Assembly (NCBI RefSeq): GCF_006345805.1
Contig: NW_021824122.1
Location: 1-20,856, forward strand
DNA: 20,856 bases
DNA from: Octopus sinensis
Lineage: Eukaryota
Direction: 5' to 3'
The position numbers were made by a program, and so were the translations under genes. Numbering within the stretch: the first letter of the stretch is position 1; each line of letters opens with the position of its first letter. Shown here one piece after another: positions 1 to 9,997 of this stretch. A model generated the notes under the pieces. That model worked only from the letters and a program-made list of their open reading frames with translations. It had not been told where the DNA came from and ran no database searches.

Positions 1-250
1 TATAATATATATTATATATGTATATAATACAGATAGATTTATATGCATATTTGTCCGAGCCCTTATTTGTAGCTATTCATATATATTTTTATGTTTGTAT
101 ATATGCATCGATATATATATTATATATACATATATATATATCTGTACATATATATATATAAATAAAACAATATATATAACATGAATTTATTAATTTCTAT
201 ATATAGATATACATATATACACACACATGTAAATATACGCACACACACAT
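1..250. repeat. Degenerate (TA)n/(CA)n low-complexity tract
   Basis: Interrupted tatata and cacaca runs read directly. Confidence 0.85.
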
Positions 251-316
251 ACATTTGTACACACATACATCTCTGTGGTGATGTACATACCTTGTTTCCG
301 GATGTTAATTGATTCC

Positions 317-385
317 ATTCTCTCTCTCTCTCCTTTTGTCTTTCGCTTCCCCTCCCCACCTCTCTCTCTCTCTCCTCTCTCTTTT
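317..385. repeat. (CT)n / polypyrimidine microsatellite
   Basis: Direct read; further (CT)n at ~584-615 and (GA)n at ~780-810. Confidence 0.85.
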
Positions 386-891
386 TTCATATTTTTCAAA
401 TTCTTATCTTCAGTTTCAATCACTCTCTTTTTCCCATAATTTTTTCTAATGCTTCCATTTCACATTTCTCCAAAGCCGAGCATCGGACCCTTTACTACTC
501 TTGCGCATTCATTTGTTGTATATCTGATTTTTATTACTTTTCATTTCCAATTTCGTTGCATCTCTCTCTTGATAACCCCCCCCCTCTCTCTCTCTCTCTC
601 ACTCTCTCTCTCTTTGTATTTGTCGTCTTTTGTTTCATTAAAACATATTTTTCCTTAAATCTACTCCCCACCCACCCCCACTCGCCATCTCTCCAGTTCA
701 GTTTCTCATTCTGATTACATTCGTCGCTCACTTTCTAAAGATGGAGAAATATATTACCTATACACACACATGCATGCATTGAGGGAGACAGAGAGAGAGA
801 GAGAGAGAGAAAGGAAGATACCTTGTCATTACGTTCGCCCACCGTTTTTCAAAATCATCAATAACGTTTTGTGCATTTATTTTTTTTTCCA

Positions 892-1008
892 CATTTCCTT
901 GTTTCATTCATTGGACCGCGTCCTATTGGAGAACCGGTTTGAAGGGCTTTTATCGGAAAAATCGAACCCTGTACTTACTTTTTAAATCTTGTGCTTCTAT
1001 CATTCTCT
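892..1008 (-). mobile_element. Old, diverged 3' tail fragment of SINE family A
   Basis: ccttgtttcattcattggaccgcg...aaaatcgaaccctgtacttac aligns by eye to the family A tail at 8965-9075 (acttgtttcagtcatttgactgcg...caaatcgaccccgggacttat). Confidence 0.6.
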
Positions 1009-1080
1009 ATTACTCAGTCACTGATGCAATATGCGTGCAAAAACACACGCGCATATACATTCGTAAAAACAGATATACGC

Positions 1081-1111
<31 letters not shown>

Positions 1112-1112
1112 T

Positions 1113-1470
1113 AGGCGTAGGAGTGGTTGTGTGGTAAGTAGCTTGCTTAACAACCACATGGTTCTGGCTTCAGTCCCACTGCGTGGCACCTTGGGCAAGT
1201 GTCTTCTACTATAGCATCGAGCCGACCAAAGCCTTGTAAGTGGATTTGGTAGACGTAAACTGAAAAAAGAAGCCCGTTGTGTATATGTATATATATATAT
1301 ATATTTGTGTGTATATGTTTGTGTCTGTGTTTGTCCTCCCAATATGGCTTGACAACCGAAGCTGGTGTTTTTACTTCCCCGTAACTTAGCGGTTCGGCAA
1401 AGTGACCGATAGAATAAGTCCTGGGGTCGATTTGCTGAAACAAAAGAGTATATAAAAGACAAAAGAGTAT
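1113..1470 (+). mobile_element. tRNA-derived SINE, family A (near full length, two deletions in the tail)
   Basis: Head aggcgtaggagtggttgtgtggtaag (A box) ...gcttcagtccca (B box-like), CORE-like accttgggcaagtgtctt, internal (TA)/(TG) tract, tail ending in aaaagag repeats; second copy at 8947-9354 on the minus strand. Confidence 0.9.
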
Positions 1471-1552
1471 ATATAAACATGTGTGTATCTGTATCTTTGC
1501 ATGTTGTGTGTATCTGTGTGTGAATGTGTTTGTGTGTGTGTGTGTGTGTGTT

Positions 1553-1887
1553 CGTGCTCAAAATCTCTCGTGGAAGCGCCATCCAACCAAAATGCAAATA
1601 TATGGGGAAACTACCACCTGTGTCATCTCTTGTGAAAGGTAGGAGAGTCCAGTTTGCTGGACATTGTTGTAGAGCTGAAAACGAGGCAATTTCTACTCTT
1701 CTCCTCTGGAAGCCATCTACTCGCAATACCAGAGGGCGCCCACTCTCCTACCTTGATGTAATCTCCAGGGATACAGGCATCCAGCAACAGGAACTCCGTA
1801 ATGCCATGATGGACCGTGAAGTCTGGCGTAGCATGGTAAATTCCATTGTCTCGACCACGGTCGAACAATGATGATGATGATGATGAT
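1553..1887 (+). mobile_element. 5'-truncated RTE-clade LINE: ORF C-terminus plus (TGA)n tail
   Basis: Translation RAQNLSWKRHPTKMQIYG / +1 frameshift in gggg at 1604-1607 / KLPPVSSLVKGRRVQFAGHCCR...LLLWKP...RGRPLSYLDVISRDTG...AMMDREVWRSMV, stop at 1869-1871. The RR-x-FAGHC-R, RGRP and DR-x-x-WR motifs are typical RTE C-terminal motifs. (tga)n tail follows. Confidence 0.88.
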
Positions 1888-1911
1888 GTGTTTGTGCGCG
1901 CGCATGTCAAA

Positions 1912-2075
1912 ACGGCTGGCTTTCACACATTTTCCGTCTGAGACTACCATTTCGTTTAGAAGGCATTGCTTGGCCCGAGGCTATATTAGAACGCACTGCA
2001 CAGTGGAGTGTGATTGAACCTGAAACGATCTGGCTGTAAAACTAATTTCTTAACCACACAGCCATACCTGCGCCT
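1912..2075 (-). mobile_element. Old diverged SINE head related to family A
   Basis: Reverse complement reads aggcgcaggtatggctgtgtggttaagaa...tcaggttcaatc...tatagcctcgggcc...agacggaaa, matching the family A head layout. Confidence 0.65.
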
Positions 2076-2220
2076 CATTAAAATTCTATTAGCTTCATTG
2101 GACATACTTATTGTTTCGCAAAAATACAGGGTCATATACACTATGATATAAATTTGACACAACGAAGAATTTTACGCTAATATCAACAATTGCCCATAGA
2201 GGTAGACTGTATGTTTGGTG

Positions 2221-2585
2221 GTGGACGCGCAATGGCTCAGTCATTAGGGCAGCGGATTTGCGGTCTTAGGATCGCGGTTTATGAGTGTTTATTGCGCAAA
2301 ACACTTAAAGGTCCACGATGTTCCAGTAGTGGGTGGTGGTGAACCCTGCTGTACTCTTTCACCACAACTTTCTCTCTCTCTTTCTTCCTGTTTGCGTTGT
2401 ACCTGTATTTCAAAGGGCCAACCTTGTCACACTTTGTTTTCATGTTGAATCAGACCGAAAACTACGTTAAGGGTTCACGTGTCTGCGGAGTGGTCAGCCA
2501 CTTGCACGTTAATTCCTCGAGCAAGCTGTTTCGTTGATCGGATCAGCTGGGACCCATAGTCGTCGTAACCGACAGAGTGCTACGA
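2221..2585 (+). mobile_element. tRNA-derived SINE, family B (head B + tail X), with 11-bp target-site duplication
   Basis: Head gtggacgcgcaatggctcagtcattagggcagcgga; tail ...cgtcgtaaccgacagagtgc; TSD tatgtttggtg at 2210-2220 and 2586-2596; B-box segment deleted relative to the copy at 17276. Confidence 0.9.
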
Positions 2586-2836
2586 TATGTTTGGTGACTC
2601 GACTTGCTAGAAATAGCAATGTAATGACCATCAAATTAGATTCTTCTTATAATTAAAATTATAATAATAAAGTTGGTTGATTTAAATTGTGATATTCGCC
2701 CGCTTTATATTATATGTTTGGCCGTGTATTATAAATAACAGCAACTAAACGCTAAGAACGAAAACCAGAAATCAAACATGCATATAAATATTTGTATGTA
2801 TGTGCATATCTATATATATATATATATATATATATA

Positions 2837-3047
2837 AAGTTAATACAAACAAGAAAACACAAAAAAACACAGCGCGAGGACGTGGAACAAATATAGTATT
2901 ATTGGACGCTCAGGAAAGAAGGAAAGAAGGAGGGTTTAACGTTTCGAGTGGAGCTCTTCGTCGGAAACATAGGAGAAGGAAAGATCCCGAGAAGGGAAGA
3001 CAGAGGAAAAAAATCGCCAACGGTATATACGAGGTCACATTTTGAAA
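2837..3047 (-). mobile_element. Short (TA)n-embedded repeat, family D; putative Penelope-like terminal repeat
   Basis: Second copy at 4362-4575; both flanked by (TA)n; contains a minimal hammerhead fold on the minus strand. The Penelope assignment is inferred from the ribozyme type. Confidence 0.65.
2934..2968 (-). ncRNA. Minimal type I hammerhead ribozyme motif, variant core
   Basis: Minus strand: GUUU-CCGACGA-A-GAG(CUCCA)CUC-GAAA-CG-U-U-AAAC. Stem I GUUU/AAAC, stem II GAG/CUC, palindromic stem III ACGU, putative cleavage triplet GUU. Confidence 0.6.
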
Positions 3048-3068
3048 TATATATATATGTAAACACAC

Positions 3069-3103
<35 letters not shown>

Positions 3104-3118
3104 TATACACATATAAAT

Positions 3119-3672
3119 ACATGGAGCAATGCGTAAATTGTCGCCATTTCATATTTTTAATTTTGCGCATTGTTTGGACTTTGATTTTGTCGACCACGCC
3201 GTTTCGTAGGGTCAGTTGGGCACCGTCTGTGAGAAAAGCACCACAATGTTGAAATTTACTCTCTGCTAGAAATTTGGAATGGACATGCTGTATATTCACA
3301 CCGGGATCTCCAATTAGAACATTTCACAGTGTTTGGCTGTCAATCTGAGGACAGCGCAATCTGAAGACATATACGAGAGTGATAAAAATCCTGTCATCGT
3401 CATGGTGTTTGGAGTGATCGCTAGTAAAGGTGACATTTTACCACCATTAATATTCTCAAACCATTAATATTCCCACACGGCCTCACACTCAAAACGGAGG
3501 CTTCATACTCAACACGGAGGCAACCCCCTTGATTATTATGTGTGTGGGTCGCAGTTGAACGAGAGACCAATAAAACTCCTTATAACGCCAAAGATGAACT
3601 GATAGCAAGGATTATGGCAGCATTCACCAAATTAAACGAGGGGAACGTCCAGAAGAGTTGCAGAAGATTCCG
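3119..3672 (+). mobile_element. Internally deleted Tc1/mariner (maT/DD37D-like) transposon remnant
   Basis: HTH-like IHTGISN*NISQCLAVNLRTAQ (3294-3359); KNPVIVMVFGVIASKGDILPPLIF (3384-3455); NPLDYYV/WVAVERETNKTPYNAKDELIARIMAAF...KSCRRFR (3522-3672). NPLD places D, not E, at the third catalytic position. Probable 5' end at TA-catggagcaatgcgtaaattgtcgcc. Confidence 0.82.
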
Positions 3673-3861
3673 AAATTACTGTCTGAGAGATATTTATGGT
3701 AGGGGAATGGTATTTCAACTGCTATTTCAAAATACGGTACGGGGCGAAGCAATTAGCTGACCCCTGATTATAATTATGTCTATAATTATAGAATATTTGT
3801 ATAATGTATGCATATAATATATATTATATATATATATATATAATATATATATATATTATAT

Positions 3862-4185
3862 AATGGTTGTATACTGTCAATCTAACAAGAACGTGACAGT
3901 AGGGGGTACACCACCGCTGTATAGTCCTAGGAAGCATCGAACGCCTCCTGATAGCTTTGACACACATTTTTTCCCTGTGTCCTTATATATATATACGAAG
4001 GGGAGACAAACACCCCCGGCTGCCGGAACTGCATCTAGGGACACCGGTCAGCTGGTGATATTTGCCTCGACTTCGTAATTGTATATACCTATATTCAGTG
4101 AAGTTTATTCACTGATTATCAAAATAAGAAATATTGAATTTCTAAATCTCTCGTAGTGGCATGTACGGTGGTGGGGCGATAGATA
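3862..4185. other. Unclassified GC-richer, hairpin-rich segment between (TA)n tracts; probable non-autonomous element
   Basis: Sharp composition change; stems tactgtca/tgacagta, tacgaag/cttcgta and tcagtgaa/ttcactga; no homologue elsewhere in the window. Confidence 0.35.
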
Positions 4186-4190
4186 TTTAT

Positions 4191-4311
4191 ATCACCGTGA
4201 TCACCCTGACCGACCAGGCTATCAGATGTTGCTACACATCGCTGGTCACAATGCGCTTCGCATTGTTTTAGCCTTCAAATGATGCCACCCCGCTCGCTAA
4301 GCGAGCAGGCC
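4191..4311 (-). mobile_element. Solo SINE tail module E
   Basis: Reverse complement is nearly identical to 17468-17588; ends in cacggtgat-type repeats. Confidence 0.85.
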
Positions 4312-4361
4312 ATATATATATATATATTATATATATATATATATATAATATATATATATAT

Positions 4362-4575
4362 AGTTAATCCAAACAAGAAAACACAAAAAACACAAAAAAA
4401 ACACAGCAACGTGAGGACGTGGAACAAATAATGTATTATTGGACGCTCAGGAAAGAAGGGAAGGAGGAGGTTTAACGTTTTGAGCGGAGCTCTTCGTCGA
4501 AACATAGGAGAAGGAAAGATCCCGAGAAGGGAAGACAGAGCAAAAAAATTGCTGGCGGTGCTCACCAGGTCACAC
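4362..4575 (-). mobile_element. Family D repeat, copy 2 (hammerhead core decayed)
   Basis: Collinear with 2837-3047; the core at 4470-4503 reads GUUU-CGACGA-AGAGCUCCGCUC-AAAA-CGUU-AAAC. Confidence 0.8.
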
Positions 4576-4578
4576 ACA

Positions 4579-4620
<42 letters not shown>

Positions 4621-4656
4621 TATGTATGTAAATGTATTTATATGTATATTCTATAT

Positions 4657-5003
4657 GTGGAGGCCCAATAGTCAGGGCAGCGGACTCGCTGTCGTTGAAT
4701 GGTGGTTTCGATTGAGAGAAAACACCTAAAAGCTCCACGAAGCTCCGGCAGGTGTGGTGGCGAACCCTGCTGTACTCTTTCGCCACAACTTTCTCTCACT
4801 CTTTCATCTTGCTTCTATTGTACAAGAATTTCAAAGGGGCCAGCCTTGTCACACTCTGTGTCACTCTGAATCACTCCGAAAACTACGTTAAGTGTACACG
4901 TGTCTGTGGAGTGCTCAGCCACTTGCACGTTAATTTCGTGAATAGGTTGTTCTGTTGATAGGATCAACTGGAACTCTCGTCGTCGTAACCGACGGAGTAC
5001 CAC
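4657..5003 (+). mobile_element. SINE family B (head B + tail X), A-box and B-box regions partly deleted
   Basis: gtggaggcccaata...aaaacacctaaagctccacg...aactacgttaag...cgtcgtaaccgacggagtacc, collinear with 2221-2585. Confidence 0.9.
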
Positions 5004-5154
5004 GATATATATATATAATATATATATATATTTATATTATATATATGGATGAATACATAATCAGTACATGTATATGTATATACATATGTGTGTATATTAT
5101 ATATATATATATAAATTGATAAATATATTTATATATTGATAAAATGTTTGAATC

Positions 5155-5392
5155 AACATACATATATACATACAATCATAAATACATACATATATACATA
5201 CAATCATAAATACATACATATATACATACACACATACATACATACAAACATACATGCAAACATACAAACATACATACATACATACATACATACATACATA
5301 CACACATACATACATACATACAAACATACAAACATACATACACACACATACATACATACATACATACATACATACATACATACATACATACA
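5155..5392. repeat. (CATA)n tetranucleotide microsatellite
   Basis: Direct read; explains the MYVC/HTYI pseudo-ORFs. Confidence 0.95.
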
Positions 5393-5733
5393 TTCATTCT
5401 TACATACAATCTTCCATATTTGTGCGTGTCAGCACTTGCTCAATGTTGACATATATACCCGTGCAGTTCAACCTTGTGCAAACATTAGTGAATTAAATTT
5501 AAATGACGAACTTACAGAAACTAAGTGAATTATTAATAGTTTCATTCATAATTATCTAAAAGAATTACGCGATAGTCATCATTCTTGGATTATCAAATAA
5601 GGAACAGAAGGATTTCGCGATTAAATCGAATATAAATTACACCATAACACGCAGTTTACTGTAACAGAAAAAGAAAAGCTGTTATTTTTTTTTCTTGAAT
5701 GTAAAGCATCCTAAAACAATTGGAATATTCAAA

Positions 5734-5881
5734 ATTATTATTATTATTATTATGTTATTATTATTATTATTATTATTATTTTATTATTATTATTATTATT
5801 TTATTATTATATTATTATTATTATTATCATTATTATTATTATTATTAGTCATTATTATATTATTTATTTTTATTATTATTA

Positions 5882-5928
<47 letters not shown>

Positions 5929-6053
5929 TATATTATTATTTTATTATTATTATATTATTATTATTAGTATTATTATTATATTATTATATTATTATTATTA
6001 CTATTATTATTATTATTATTACTATTATTATTATTATTAATATTATTATTATT

Positions 6054-6087
<34 letters not shown>

Positions 6088-6088
6088 A
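5734..6088. repeat. (ATT)n trinucleotide microsatellite
   Basis: Direct read. Confidence 0.95.
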
Positions 6089-6440
6089 TGTTTGACTTTT
6101 GCTTTATATTGTACAAGTTGGCTCCAAGTCTCACCCAGAGGACCTCAAGAGACAACAGGTTGGAAGTTCATGTTGTTGTTATGCCTAGTGTGTCATATAT
6201 TTGGGGGGTGTTTTTGGTGTTGTACTAGTGAATGTCTAAGAAAAAAAAACCCAAAATTATGTTTGTTTTAAACTTTGAGATTACATAGAAAGTATTTTGC
6301 GTAGGATATGAGCAGTTCCCATGGGCACTATCTTTTGAATTTCTGCCATATTTGGGTTTCCTGGTATCTGAGTTAGGTAGCAATCAGCCCCTTTTGCTAT
6401 CATTCCTAGGGCACCTATGACTACAGGTATTGTTTTTGTT
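6089..6440 (-). mobile_element. R4/Dong-like (RLE) non-LTR retrotransposon 3' fragment no. 1: ORF end plus 3' UTR
   Basis: Minus strand KTIPVVIGALGMIAKGADCYLTQIPGNPNMAEIQKIVPMGTAHILRKILSM*, stop at 6281-6283. The PVVIGALG...IQK...GTAxILRK pattern is the C-terminal RLE signature. The ~190-nt 3' UTR runs directly into (TAA)n. Confidence 0.85.
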
Positions 6441-6470
6441 TTGCTTTGTTTTGTTTTGGTTTTGGTTTTG

Positions 6471-6608
6471 ATTATTATTATTATTATTATTATTATTATA
6501 ATTATTATTATCATCATCATCATCATTATCATCATCATCATCATCATAATCATCATCATCATCATCATCATCATAATCATCACCACCATCATCATCACCA
6601 TCATCATC

Positions 6609-6661
<53 letters not shown>

Positions 6662-6682
6662 CATCGTCACCATCATCATTAT
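6471..6682. repeat. Compound (ATT)n/(ATC)n microsatellite, preceded by (GTTTT)n at 6432-6470
   Basis: Direct read. Confidence 0.95.
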
Positions 6683-7051
6683 AATTTCTCTTGGAATCAT
6701 ATGCGTAGCGGGATTACTACCTGCAGCCTACGGTACCATTTCTTCGCCTACCATTTCTTCAGCTATCTAATACTTTCCCGATTATTCTGGCCGTGTCAAG
6801 GAGGCAAACCTTTTGTTACAGTTATATGGGACTTTCTTTTCCAATTTCTTCTATATTCCCCTTGATGCCTTCTCATATTGTTCCCAAAGTCCCAACAATA
6901 ACTGGCACTATCTTCGCAATCTTCATTTTCCGTAGACGGGTTATTTTGTACTTAAGTGGGTTGTATCTATCGAATTTTTTCGTCTTCCTTCTTTGATTAT
7001 ATGTGGGTCAAGGAGGCATCAACTATGTAGCATATGTGGTGCATCTTGCAC
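6683..7051 (-). mobile_element. R4/Dong-like (RLE) LINE 3' fragment no. 2, a different and more decayed subfamily
   Basis: Minus strand CYIVDAS..KKEDEK / frameshift / FDRYNPLKYKITRLRKMKIAKIVPVIVGTLGTI*EGIKGNIEEIGKESPI*L*QKVCLLDTARIIGKVLDS*, stop at 6759-6761. Confidence 0.82.
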
Positions 7052-7150
7052 TATTATTATTATTATCATCATCATCATCATCATTACTATTATTAAAACT
7101 ACTACCATTACTATTATTATTACTATTACTATAATCATTATCATCATTCT
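7052..7150. repeat. (ATT)/(ATC)/(ACT) trinucleotide tract
   Basis: Direct read. Confidence 0.9.
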
Positions 7151-7171
7151 TTTCGTATTACGACTACTAAT

Positions 7172-7378
7172 ATTTATTTCTTTATTGTCCACAAGGAGCT
7201 AATCATAGAGGGATCAAATAAGAACAGACAAAGGGATTGTCTATTACATCGACCCCAGTGCGTAACTGGTACTTATTTAATCGACCCCGAAAGGATGAAA
7301 GGCAAAGTCGACCTTGGCGGAATTTGAACTCAGAACGTAACGGCGAATGTGCTAACGTTCCTGCCAGTTCGCTGCCTT
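7172..7378 (-). mobile_element. SINE family C with tail 1, internal head deletion
   Basis: Shares actggtactta-tcgaccccgaaaggatgaaaggcaaagtcgacc-cggcggaatttgaactcagaacgtaa with 14881-15117. Confidence 0.88.
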
Positions 7379-7395
7379 CTACTACTACTAATATC

Positions 7396-7581
7396 GTTTT
7401 CTACTCAAGGCACAAGGCCTGAAATTTTGGGGGAGGGGACAGTCGATTCGCTCGACTCCAGTATGCAACTGGTACTTATTTTATCGACCTCTAAAGGATA
7501 AAAGGCAAAGTCGACCTCGGCGGAATTTGAACTCAGAACGTAACGGCAGACGTGTTACCGTTCCTGCCATTTCGCCGCCTT
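7396..7581 (-). mobile_element. SINE family C with tail 2, internal head deletion
   Basis: Same central domain; tail gcacaaggcctgaaattttggggg also seen at ~16010-16040. Confidence 0.88.
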
Positions 7582-8946
7582 CTACTTCTACTAATATTAA
7601 AAACCTTCTACTAAATGCGAAATACGTTACATATGATTCTCTTGTATACAATAGGATATTATATCAACCATTCACAGTCGAGTTTACAAAGGATTTGTTG
7701 TCATCATTAAATCTGTGCACACCTAATATTTGATTACGATCTAATTTGAACGAATTAAAATGTGACTTACTGGAAAACTAAATTTGTGTCACAATTCTTT
7801 TTAAGACATATACACAAGAAACCTTGGCTCTAACAAAAACCAAGATAAATTGAATGAACAGATACACCTTTTTTGCTGTAGGTATCTGAGTATCAGGTTG
7901 TAATCGTGTACCAAACACTCTATAACACTGAAGAGAAATACGAGAAATTCGAAAATGAACGAGAAATATATTTAAAATATTCCTTTTTATTCATTTCTCT
8001 TTTTTTACCGAACTATCTTCCATTCTGATTTGAAAAACAAATGTTTCTGCATTTACTTCTCTGTTCCTCTTATTCTCTCGCCATGCACACTAACACATAT
8101 ACACACACACAACACGCATACGTGCGTGTGTATGCACACACGAAATTCTGATTTGGTTCTATCTTTATAATTCGGAAATACTTTACAGTTGGATTCCTCC
8201 ACCATTGTACCGGTATACGCAATTTCATTGGAAAGCATTTCCTTGCTGCATTAAGTAAAACACGATTTATTCTTCTCCATATTGCTATGCTGGAATCCTA
8301 AGAACTGAGTTTTCTCAGCTTACAAACACGATCGCAAATATCAACTTCACAATTATATAATACTGTGAACGCTTACAAATAACATTTAACTTTCTCTCAC
8401 CACTCACTCTCTCTCTCTCTCTTAGTTATATCTTTCAGGCTTCTTCTTTCCTAAATTTCTGGAAAAAATCTCTACAATAAAACATATTTTCTCTTACAAT
8501 TTTAAATGACAGTTAAAATCGAACAGGTCTTCCTCCCTGTTCTTGATTCGCATCCCGTTTCTTACTTCATAAGCTTTTTGATATAATTTTACATCTAAGA
8601 ATTGATTTTACCTTCTCAGACATTATATTTTTTATTAAATATTTCCACAAACGCTTGATTATTCTATCGAATTAGATAGAATTCCTTTGAGAGGCAAGCC
8701 TACTGCTTTGACAATCGCTTGGTTATTGCTAAGTACTTTACTCAATACTGGTATTGAAGATTTAATTGAAGACAAAGTCGCCTATCATGACTCACTGACT
8801 TTACATACTTTCTTCTAAATTTGAAGAAACAAATATAAAAGCTGAGCTTCTGTTAACTTACAAACACGGTACCAAGTATATAATTATCTAATTTTAAACA
8901 CCAAATGGATAATACCATAAGGGCATTGAAAACAATTTAACTCACT

Positions 8947-9354
8947 TTTATTCTTTCTTTTCTTTTACTTGTTTCAGTCATTTGACTGCGGCCATGCTGG
9001 AGCACCGCCTTTAGTCGAACAAATCGACCCCGGGACTTATTCTTTGTAAGCCCAGTACTTATTCTATCGGTCTCTTTTTGCCGAACCGCTAAGTGATGGG
9101 GACGTAAACACACCAGCATCGGTTGTCAAGCAATGCTAGGGGGACAAACACAGAGACAGAAACACACACACACACACACACACACATACATATACATATA
9201 TACGACAGGCTTCTTTCAGTTTCCGTCTACTAAATCCACCCACAAGGCACTGGTCGGCCCGGGGCTATAGCAGAAGACACTTGCCCAAGATGCCACGCAG
9301 TGGGACTGAACCCGAAACCATGTGGTTGGTAAGCAAGCTACTTACCACACAGCC
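8947..9354 (-). mobile_element. SINE family A, near full length
   Basis: Reverse complement is collinear with 1113-1470 and retains the tail segments deleted there. Confidence 0.92.
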
Positions 9355-9722
9355 TTTGTTTTTTATCTGATTCTCCAGCTTTCCTGGATAATTTTCTCTT
9401 TAAACTCGAGCTTCATATATTTTTGTAATTAATTTTCCATCGTCGCTTACGCAAAATTTTATTAGAAAATTTTATGTTTACGCATTTCCTAATATGTTTT
9501 CCATTTTCTTTCCATATGTATATATACCTTCATCCCAAGCCATCACTTTCCTCCCAGTGTATTATCAAACAGCAGTTACTACTGATACGATATGTACATA
9601 ATTTTTATATAATGTTTTATCAAATGTCTCAATGGTTCCAATAATCACCAGCGTCTGAATATGAAAATTTAAAAGGTAGGAATAATTATTTGGGGATATT
9701 TCAGCCTCCAGTACATATACAC

Positions 9723-9996
<274 letters not shown>

Positions 9997-9997
9997 T

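Noticed and set aside
1010-1726. Longest ORF in the track (238 aa)
   Set aside because: Runs antisense through a SINE, microsatellites and the RTE fragment; chimeric and not protein-like
5097-5967. ORFs such as MYVCMYV..., HTYIHTY... and poly-L/I/Y
   Set aside because: Stop-free translations of microsatellites. The same applies to 6417-6865, 9690-10071, 11976-12507, 17093-17380 and 18949-19290.
7928-7997. CTGAAGA...GAAA with a possible stem III
   Set aside because: Stem II only 3 bp, no stem I, UUU triplet; chance match in A/T-rich DNA
8053-8238. MLSNEIAYTGTMVEESNCKVFPNY as a possible host exon
   Set aside because: No recognisable homology and only weak splice signals; other candidate exons (9620-9680, 14650-14860, 18160-18185) were equally unsupported
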